Shown here in pieces: positions 37,301-47,303 of a DNA stretch of 64,000 nucleotides (positions are counted from its first letter, which is position 1; each line of letters begins with the position of its first letter). The translations under genes were made by a program, and so were the position numbers. Source of the DNA: Paraphysomonas bandaiensis (lineage: Eukaryota; Protista; Chrysophyceae); contig CBFFRP010000078.1 in the NCBI GenBank assembly GCA_965644295.1, positions 62,001 to 126,000 on the forward strand. Direction: 5' to 3'. The notes below the pieces were generated by a model. That model saw nothing but the letters and a program-made list of their open reading frames with translations. It was not told the origin of the DNA and did no database searches.

Positions 37301-40300
37301 TGACACCGTGATAACTTTTAACAACTGCATCAAATAGCTCCTTAAATGTATCATAGCTGTCTTCTTCACTTGCAGTTAGTCCAACTTCAGAAGCAGGAAC
37401 ATCAACGCCACACTTAATATGAGACATAATACCCACACCAGTCGCTGTATGGCGGTGTTTCATATCCTCAAACATCTCTTCCGTAAGGTGTTGACACATT
37501 AAAGACATGTGGTCGCTGGTAAAAGTAGGATACTTCAATGCATTCTCTGCAAATTCTTTATTTTGAGATATCACAAAGGCAACACCATCTATTATCATCT
37601 GAACGATCTCTAACTCTGTCTTGCCAAGGGTTACCTTGTTGCTTAACTCCCAGCAATCATCTGATCCTTCAACCTTACGAGCCATCAGGCCGTATTGAGT
37701 ACATAGACGATGCAATTCGGCTTCCTCTCGTCCAAGGGTATCAAGCCTAACAACCATACTAGCACGTAAACCAGTACCCACATTGGAAGGACATGTCGTC
37801 AAAAAACCGAAGCGCGCACTCGCCGCAAACTCCATTCCGCTTGATAGCATACAGCGTTCAATGCCATTCGTGGCGCCGATCCAGTCCTCAAACACAGATG
37901 ATATATCACCCCCTTGGTTCTGACATATCACACTGAGATGATCATTTCCATTAACCCATACCGCAAACTCGCTTGTCCCATTGCTGAACACCCCACGACC
38001 ATCCGGCCAATCTCGCCCTACACCTGCACTACCATATGACGAGCTATCTGCAGGTGGAAAGGGCAGCAGCCCACAGCTCTCTAATCGTTTTCTTTCTTCA
38101 ACCCCGAGATCATGTAAACTGTTATATACACATGCAAACTCCCCCTTCATAGAAGCTAATGCATCTATTAAAGCTGATTCCAGCAACAGACGACCGGAAG
38201 AAGATATCGACGGAGGAAACTGGTAGCCCCTCACATTCCTCACTGATCTCAAATGGGTTGAAACCACGTAGTCATAATCAATAGTTTCCATCCGCTCCAA
38301 CTCAGAACTATCTTGGTTGGTTACATATACATTATCAGTTTCAGAAAAGTTGACACCGTGATAACTTTTAACAACTGCATCAAATAGCTCCTTAAATGTA
38401 TCATAGCTGTCTTCTTCACTTGCAGTTAGTCCAACTTCAGAAGCAGGAACATCAACGCCACACTTAATATGAGACATAATACCCACACCAGTCGCTGTAT
38501 GGCGGTGTTTCATATCCTCAAACATCTCTTCCGTAAGGTGTTGACACATTAAAGATACGTGGTGGCTGGTAAACATGGGGCGTTTCATATTATTGTCATC
38601 TTTACGTATATCAGCTGACTCGGCGTCTACAGCACTCACATCAGTGGGTTCACCGGCCATCTTTGTGTCACTAGTAGCCATATTATCACGTTCACCAGCA
38701 CTTACATCGTCCGATATACCAGTAGAAATGGCGCCCACAGCACCAGCATCATCAATTGCATCAGTTTGATTTGTGTCACCAGCAACTACATCACCAGCTC
38801 CACTGGTATTCACACCATCAGATCCCCCAGCTTTGGCAGTATCAGCATTTGTGGAATCACGACTTACATCAGCTGACTCGGCGTCTACAGCACTCACATC
38901 AATGGGTTCACCGGCCATCTTTGTGTCACTAGTAGCCATATTATCACGTTCACCAGCACTTACATCGTCCGATATACCAGTAGAAATGGCGCCCACAGCA
39001 CCAGCATCATCAATTGCATCAGTTTGATTTGTGTCACCAGCAACTACATCACCAGCTCCACTGGTATTCACACCATCAGATCCCCCAGCTTTGGCAGTAT
39101 CAGCATTTGTGGAATCACGACTTACATCAGCTGACTCGGCGTCTACAGCACTCACATCAATGGGTTCACCGGCCATCTTTGTGTCACTAGTAGCCATATT
39201 ATCACGTTCACCAGCACTTACATCGTCCGATATACCAGTAGAAATGGCGCCCACAGCACCAGCATCATCAATTGCATCAGTTTGATTTGTGTCACCAGCA
39301 ACTACATCACCAGCTCCACTGGTATTCACACCATCAGATCCCCCAGCTTTGGCAGTATCAGCATTTGTGGAATCACGACTTACATCAGCTGACTCGGCGT
39401 CTACAGCACTCACATCAATGGGTTCACCGGCCATCTTTGTGTCACTAGTAGCCACATTATCACGTTCACCAGCACTTACATCGTCCGATATACCAGTAGA
39501 AATGGTGCCCACAGCACCAGCATCATCAATTGCATCAGTTTGATTTGTGTCACCAGCAACTACATCACCAGCTCCACTGGTATTCACACCATCAGATCCC
39601 CCAGCTTTGGCAGTATCAGCATTTGTGGAATCACGACTTACATCAGCTGACTCGGCGTCTACAGCACTCACATCAATGGGTTCACCGGCCATCTTTGTGT
39701 CACTAGTAGCCATATTATCACGTTCACCAGCACTTACATCGTCCGATATACCAGTAGAAATGGCGCCCACAGCACCAGCATCATCAATTGCATCAGTTTG
39801 ATTTGTGTCACCAGCAACTACATCACCAGCTCCACTGGTATTCACACCATCAGATCCCCCAGCTTTGGCAGTATCAGCATTTGTGGAATCACGACTTACA
39901 TCAGCTGACTCGGCGTCTACAGCACTCACATCAATGGGTTCACCGGCCATCTTTGTGTCACTAGTAGCCACATTATCACGTTCACCAGCACTTACATCGT
40001 CCGATATACCAGTAGAAATGGTGCCCACAGCACCAGCATCATCAATTGCATCAGTTTGATTTGTGTCACCAGCAACTACATCACCAGCTCCACTGGTATT
40101 CACACCATCAGATCCCCCAGCTTTGGCAGTATCAGCATTTGTGGAATCACGACTTACATCAGCTGACTCGGCGTCTACAGCACTCACATCAATGGGTTCA
40201 CCGGCCATCTTTGTGTCACTAGTAGCCATATTATCACGTTCACCAGCACTTACATCGTCCGATATACCAGTAGAAATGGCGCCCACAGCACCAGCATCAT

Positions 40301-42094
40301 CAATTGCATCAGTTTGATTTGTGTCACCAGCAACTACATCACCAGCTCCACTGGTATTCACACCATCAGATCCCCCAGCTTTGGCAGTATCAGCATTTGT
40401 GGAATCACGACTTACATCAGCTGACTCGGCGTCTACAGCACTCACATCAATGGGTTCACCGGCCATCTTTGTGTCACTAGTAGCCATATTATCACGTTCA
40501 CCAGCACTTACATCGTCCGATATACCAGTAGAAATGGTGCCCACAGCACCAGCATCATCAATTGCATCAGTTTGATTTGTGTCACCAGCAACTACATCAC
40601 CAGCTCCATTGGTATTCACACCATCAGATCCCCCAGCTTTGGCAGTATCAGCACTAACGGCATCACCAAGTGGATCAGGCCCACTAGTTTCACCAACAAC
40701 CATATCTTTAGGTTCATTTGTACTTACATCATTAGGTATATCTGGTGCCATGGTGTCCACAGCGTTGACACCACCATGTGCACCAGCATTTCTAGCAATA
40801 CTAGTACCCTCATCATCAGGGTCATTTGCCTCCTTTGTGTAGCCAACAACAATGTCATCACCTTTCGTAGCATTCCCGTCATCGGATGCATTTACAGTAG
40901 TTGTGTTAGCATTCACGGAATCATCAGCAACAACTGCATCCGTGGTGTCTTCGTCGTTAACATAATTTAAATCAGCCTCATTAGTGTCACCAGCAACCAC
41001 GCTACCAGATCTACTAGTGTTCACATTATCAGATACATCTTCAGCCACGGTGTCAGCGACGTTAACATCATCTATTGCATCGCTTTTACTTGTGTTATCA
41101 TCCACAGTGTTCACAACATCTGATATCCTAATTCCAGCAGACGCTATATCTTCAGATTCATGAAGATATTTCGAATCGCCAGAAGCAACATCACCAGTTG
41201 CATTTACAGCATTAGTATCAATAAGACTATCAGATATATCATCTGCTTGGTTGTCCGCGGGAGCCACACCATTAGGCACCTCAGTTGTCTCATTACAAGT
41301 GGCAGGCGTAACACTCGGTTCATTGTGAGTGTGGGATTCTTCAGTTCCGTTTTCGACGGCAGCATCAACGAAATATCGATAGACGTCCACAGTGGTAGTT
41401 GTTCCATCTGAGGGACCTGTCACTTCGCTTGCCCACAGAACAAAATCTTTCTCTGAAAGCATCGAACCCTTGGTTTTATTCAGGCGCTGAAAAATGTCCA
41501 CAGTCATGTTCCGTATGTGCATGGCACTGGGACATGTGCTCTTCTTGGCCACAATACAGGAACTTGCAATTGCAGTGCAAAACAATAGCACTTCCTGTAA
41601 AATCAAAGTATTAAGAGTTAATTTTATTGCGTTTTGTCTCATACCAATTCATCCATGGTTATGTAACCCGAATTATCAATATCCATAAGTTTAAATATTT
41701 TGATTCTCCTATCTTCTATGGTCAAACTCTCGTCTTTGTTGAGCAAAATTAGCCCCGTCAATAGAACAATAGCGTTTACACTACGATCCAACCAAATTAG
41801 AGTATTACAACTATAGTAGTTGAAAACCTACACCCCGACTTCGCTTCTTTGGAAGCATTGCATCAACTCCTCAGCATCGGGCTGGGAGAGGTTGCATAAT
41901 GCCTTCACATCGTCCACAGTAACACTAAAATCGTATTCCTTTTCTATATACGTAGAAATAGTTTGTTGTACAGAGTTCCATGTCCCTATAATGATTATGA
42001 GCTGGTGATATGGAACAGTAATGACTGTTAACTTACAGGATTGTAATTTAGACAGGACGATTCCCGATACTTCCAGTGAATTACCCACCCCCAT
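34371..42094 (-). CDS. Myristoylation-motif EF-hand (NCS/CBL-like) + acidic repeat + four tandem phosphagen (arginine/creatine) kinase-like domains
   Basis: Three short introns join MGVGNS... and KIFKLMDIDNSGYITMDEL to the 2423-aa ORF. Each 350-aa domain has GRDWPDGRG and TCPSNVGTGLRAS (ATP:guanido phosphotransferase signature). Confidence 0.88.
34429..38555 (-). repeat. 1050-bp perfect tandem repeat, ~3.9 units (kinase domains)
   Basis: Sequence recurs at +1050 (e.g. 34441, 35491, 36541, 37591); no differences found in spot checks, and the translations are identical. Confidence 0.95.
38611..40633 (-). repeat. 258-bp (86-aa) coding tandem repeat, ~7.8 units
   Basis: ADTAKAGGSDGVNTSGAGDVVAGDTNQTD...SADVSRDSTN repeated with a few SNPs. 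Confidence 0.95.
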
Positions 42095-42622
42095 ATATAC
42101 TTTGATCGTTCCTCGTCACTCAAAACTATTTCAGAAGTCCAAAGGCATCAATTCTGTATGGTATTTTCTCCAATCGATCGATGAAGGTCAATGCATTGTC
42201 AGTATCATTAATATTCGCTTCGCTCGTTCAGTGATCAGCTTTCCCTACCGTTACACTACTACTGAGTTTTCAGCATATTCATGTCAAAATCAACTATTTT
42301 TAGCATTGTAACCCTAAAAAATATACAGCCGGCATACAGTACTCTGTATGTAAAGTTGATAAAGTGGTGCTGGATTTCGTAGGATATATCTAACATCTAG
42401 ACATTGTTCCACGAAAAGTGTGGCAAATCGTAAAAGAGGGCCCATAAACGACGGACTTTTATGAGTATAGCAGATACACAAGTAGGGATTTAAAATCATC
42501 TCATGCCTCTTTTCAGCTGATATAATCACCTCATCATATAATCTATAGCGTATAGTATTATAGTTGTAATTAACAGTGTTTGTGTCGTGTGTAGATTATA
42601 TTGAAGTACACTTATATTTATT

Positions 42623-43259
42623 ATGTCCTGTAAAAAACTGGAATATTTTGAAGATCTTGATGATGATCGCAATGATTTATCCCTCTATACATCTGACGCT
42701 AAGGATGATACCCCAACATCACCATTAAAAATGAGAGGAATGGGTTTGGATTTCTCTTCACTGTCTGGTGCTAAGAAAGATGAATATATCGATGATGGGC
42801 CCAGTATTCAAGAGTCCAGTGTAATGGTATAGATATCAACAATAGTCACGAACATCATTATAACTGATATATACAGGTGGTGTTCGACTTACCCGATGGC
42901 AGTCAGGGAGAAAATATGGTATGAAGAAAATGTGTCTTTGAAAGTTTAATTTCAATTGGTGTACAGTTTAAACTGGGCAACACAGTCGAGGTCCTGAAGA
43001 GCGTAGTGGAGAGTGATTATGGGATACCGATGACAGAGCAGGTAATACTCACAGTCAAATTATAGAATATTGTCTTGTCTAAATGCTTATCGTTGTTTTC
43101 TATTTTATAATCGTTCTTTATTTTTGCTTTCAGACTATGTTCCTTGAAGACCAGCCGATGATGAACCCACTTTCTCTTCTCGACTTTCCTGATGCGAAAG
43201 GTGTTGATGAAGTGTATATTAGAGTAGAAGGCCCTATGCCTTCTAGTGCTAGGAAGTGA
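42623..43259 (+). CDS. Small acidic protein with a C-terminal ubiquitin-like fold, four exons
   Basis: Spliced VVFDLPDGSQGENM|FKLGNTVEVLKSVVESDYGIPMTEQ|TMFLEDQPMMNPLSLLDF resembles a beta-grasp pattern. Confidence 0.65.
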
Positions 43260-43509
43260 TCCAGCATGGTAGATATGTACTGGATGTGTGGTAGTGATAT
43301 TTCTATGTATGCACTTCGGAAGTAGGATCTAAAATTGATGATTTAAAGTCATCTATTGGCTGCACCACAATTGAGTGGCAAATATAGTATCCCCATTCAA
43401 CTTCCAGACTGTGGCCTGATTTCATAAGTAATATAAGTAATAAATAGTTGACAACGACTAGAAATGAAGTCATTTTATGTTAGAAATATTGCTATCTGCA
43501 ATAAATAAT

Positions 43510-43588
43510 GCAGCTCACGTTAGTTTCCCGTAAGATATCTCTGTTGGTAGTTATCCCCTAGAACGCCACGAAAAGGTGCAAGTCCGAC
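43510..43588 (-). mobile_element. Isolated SINE head fragment (ribozyme-like core only)
   Basis: Reverse complement GTCGGACTTGCACCTTTTCGTGGCGTTCTAGGGG...GGAAACTAACGTGAGCTGC; flanked by AATAATG(C/T)AGCT repeats. Confidence 0.8.
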
Positions 43589-43702
43589 AATAATGTAGCT
43601 AAATTGGCTTAGTCGTTAAGTAAAATTAAATCTGTTTCCAAGTATAAGAGTTACGAAGTTATATGAGGATAAAAGAGCCCGACTTCTTTTAACTTCGTTT
43701 GT

Positions 43703-44223
43703 ATATATTGAAAAGTCTTATTATTAGCAATATGCGTTAAGAATCTGCACCAGTTTAGTAGCTAGAAGAAAACTAGTCAAGCTAGATAGAAGTCTACCTG
43801 TAACTAACTAGTACAACTCTATTGTCCTACTATTTAACGCTTCGGAGGCTGCTTGTGCGTCACCGCAAGCCCCAAGGTGCAACCACGCAACCACCTCCGC
43901 TCGATCGCTCAAAGCAATCGCCGTGAACAAGCAGAATGTTGATATATCTGACAGCTGCTGACTTCAGGTTTCTTGAGTTCTTAAGGTGAACATCCCGGAT
44001 GCATGACTTCAGTAGGCAGCCCAAAACCCCGGTTACCCATCAGTTGGGCCCATCATTTCCGGATGCCTGTTTATTCGTCAAGGCCCACAAGCATTCGGCT
44101 ATGAGTGGGCAGAAGAATATCTGCTGTCTATGTTTGCGGCTCACTGTAGTTTCCCGGAGAATTATCTCCCGTACTTATCCCACAGAATACGACGAACAGG
44201 TGCGATTCCGACTTTGTTGAGGG
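43703..44223 (-). mobile_element. SINE-like element, family A, near full length (tail variant A)
   Basis: Reverse complement of the family consensus; TSD ACTTC(G/C)TTTGT at 43692-43702 and 44224-44234. Confidence 0.88.
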
Positions 44224-44953
44224 ACTTCCTTTGTTACTATATATTCACCATTACATATATATGAGTTGATTTCACCTACTGTACACAACTAGCTCACTTC
44301 AAGTGCAGAATATATATCTGCGTAACTCATCAAGGAATAAGGAGTATCGTCCTTTCTCCCTCCTGTCAAAGCTTGAAAATTCAGAATTTTAGCTCTCGTC
44401 TCAAGATTTTAAACGCGGAAGGATATAGGATTACTTATAACCCAGGGTTACTAAAAAGAACTAATAGTTACTGTTTGCATTCATGTCATTCTTTGGTTTT
44501 GATTCTTAATATAAGAAGTAATGCTAACGAACAGCTGCCTGGTAGTGTTGCTATATTTATTCAGAACGAGAAGCTAGGTTATGCTTCTTCAGACTAAAAT
44601 GCTAATACTCGATAAGTAATACCTCTTAGTATCCTAACAGAAGTCCTTCTGCTCAACAAGTAACGGAAATCGCGTTCAGTTGCAATTCTTACTATGGTCA
44701 TATACTTACAAACAATTTCGTTCCAACTCTTGCGCTATACATAATGCACATGTTAAATATATCAGAAAGAAGCGGTATATATACATCCCACTTGATTGCA
44801 TACTATACTTTCCCATCACGATTCACTACGTATTGAGAAAAACTATCCCCCGTAAAACCCAAAGGACTCGCTAGTACATGGATCTCGTAGACAATTATTG
44901 GCATGGGTGTGATGTCACCACTTCTCTATATATTGATTGATAGTAACTCCTCC

Positions 44954-46192
44954 CTATCCACCCCTTGTTTCTCTTTCTGTTGTACTTGAATTTCCTCTAC
45001 GCCTCGCACGACCCTGTGCTGTAATGTTTGAAGCCTGAATTCGATCTCTCTCGTCCTCGGAGTCACTTAAGGTGATCACAATGCGCTGCTTTCGGCGTCG
45101 ACGACCCTCACCATCCTCTGCACTCTCCAAAGGTTGGTCTCCATTGGAACTATCTGCGGGTGCATCAGGCTGCCTTACACGCTTTCTACGTCCTGTATTT
45201 GCTACCCTCGTTGGGCGGGAAGACATTGAAGATAGAGTCGATTGAGGAGCGTCACTTGAGACGGAACCTACACCTCTTTCATCCTCTTCACGCTCCATAG
45301 CTGCGAAAGCCTCCATTCGAGATCGGTATAGCGCAGATCGTGTGCGCGAGTCTCGAGCGGGAGCGACAGGGGGAGCAGACTGCAACATTGTGTCATTTGT
45401 CGCGGAGCGAGAGGACGGTGGCGCACTAGCGACGTCTCGGGAGGATGAAGCTGCATGAAAAGGAGGTTGGCCACGACGAGATCGACTACTACCTGTCGCT
45501 TGATGTTGCCCTTGTTGATCTCTTCTCCTACGCACATTCCTAGTTGAAGGACCTGGTCTATTCTCACGTCTAGTACTTGCAGTGGGCACATCCTGCGGTC
45601 CAGGGCGCCATCCAGCTCGGGAAGGAGAAAGCGAACTCACTTCACCTTCATCATCGTCAAGAATTTCAATAACAGGTACACCATTTTCTATAATTTCAGT
45701 CGATCTAACCACGTCGGGGGGTGTCAAAGGCATGGGAGATCGTGGCCACCACAACAATTGATCTTCATCTTCACCATCAATATAATCAGAATCAAGTTCA
45801 TCGTCAAATTCGCTCATTCTCATCAACATAGCACGCGACGTATGGGAAAATATCATTGCCATTATATCATGAATATGAATTCCGTGTGTCATTATAGTCG
45901 TGAAAGGGCTATTATGATGATCACTGCGCTGTACTTTACTCTTCACCTTCACCACCTTAGGCTTCTTCGCTTTACCCTTTCGTCCCTTTGTATCTGTTGG
46001 AGTTGGAGCGGTCACCTTATGAAAATCTCGTTTACATACAGGACATTTATTAGTAACTTTACTCCAGTTTATTATACAATCAAAACAAAACTTATGTTCA
46101 CAACACTCTATTAGCCCTCGATTTTTAATCGTATCAAGACAGATAACACAGTCCTCGTTATCCGATGACTTTCCTTTGACAGGGTCTTCCAT
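44954..46192 (-). CDS. C3HC4 RING-finger protein with a disordered Arg/Ser-rich tail and SIM-like motifs
   Basis: CVICLD..CCEHKFCFDCIINWSKVTNKCPVCK; VIEILDDD and IVITLSDSED. Confidence 0.88.
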   Translation of the reverse strand: MEDPVKGKSSDNEDCVICLDTIKNRGLIECCEHKFCFDCIINWSKVTNKCPVCKRDFHKVTAPTPTDTKGRKGKAKKPKVVKVKSKVQRSDHHNSPFTTIMTHGIHIHDIMAMIFSHTSRAMLMRMSEFDDELDSDYIDGEDEDQLLWWPRSPMPLTPPDVVRSTEIIENGVPVIEILDDDEGEVSSLSPSRAGWRPGPQDVPTASTRRENRPGPSTRNVRRRRDQQGQHQATGSSRSRRGQPPFHAASSSRDVASAPPSSRSATNDTMLQSAPPVAPARDSRTRSALYRSRMEAFAAMEREEDERGVGSVSSDAPQSTLSSMSSRPTRVANTGRRKRVRQPDAPADSSNGDQPLESAEDGEGRRRRKQRIVITLSDSEDERDRIQASNITAQGRARRRGNSSTTERETRGG

Positions 46193-46389
46193 TCTCTTCG
46201 CGTACAGTAGATAGAGTGAGCAGATGTGTTACTTAATACTCTATTGTCTAATAATTGACTATGTAAAGTATAACTAATACCTTATCAATATATAGCCTAC
46301 TTCTAAGGACAATACCAGAATGTTGCTGCTATGATTGAACAAAATCGTACTCATGAGCACTCCAGTGTACCACACAGCAGTACATCTAT

Positions 46390-46973
46390 CTACCTACCTA
46401 CCTACATGCATACATACATACATACATACATACATACATACATACATACATACATACATACATACATACATGCACACATACATACATACATACATACATA
46501 CATACATACATACATACATACATACATACATACATACATACATACATACATACATACATACATACATACATACATACATACATACATACATACATACATA
46601 CATACATACATACATACATACATACATACATACATACATACATACATACATACATACATACATACATACATACATACATACATACATACATACATACATA
46701 CATACATACATACATACATACGTACATACATACATACATACATACATACGTACATACATACATACATACATACATACATACATACATACATACATACATA
46801 CATACATACATACATCATACATACATACATACATACATACATACATACATACATACATACATACATACATACATACATACATACATACATACATACATAC
46901 ATACATACATACATACATACATACATACATACATACATACATACATACATACATACATACATACATACATACA

Positions 46974-47005
<32 letters not shown>

Positions 47006-47186
47006 CATACATACATACATACATACATACATACATACATACATACATACATACATACATACATACATACATACATACATACATAAATACATACATACAT
47101 ACATACATACATACATACATACATACATACATACATACATACATACATACATACATACATACATACATACATACATACATACATAC
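46390..47186. repeat. (TACA)n/(TGTA)n microsatellite, ~0.8 kb
   Basis: Near-perfect tetranucleotide array with few interruptions. Confidence 0.99.
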
Positions 47187-47303
47187 AGTTTGAGTAATTA
47201 TCACTTCATAATTTATTTCTTTTCACTCTCCGTCAGCTTCATTATCTTCAAGCAACTCACCTCTCCAAGCTATAGTAGAATAGAATATTAGAGACTGCCT
47301 AAA

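Noticed and set aside
38611-40633. CRISPR-like or satellite interpretation of the tandem repeats
   Set aside because: No unique spacers; units are in-frame multiples of three inside a eukaryotic CDS.
34831-41411. Repeated + strand ORFs (MLNTPRP.., MSPATTSP..)
   Set aside because: Antisense shadows of the tandem coding repeats on the minus strand.
41645-41780. Suspected frameshift in the EF-hand exon
   Set aside because: Careful re-translation gives an open frame (EDRRIKIFKLMDIDNSG).
46331-47291. Long HTYI/MYVC ORFs
   Set aside because: Translations of the stop-free (TACA)n microsatellite.
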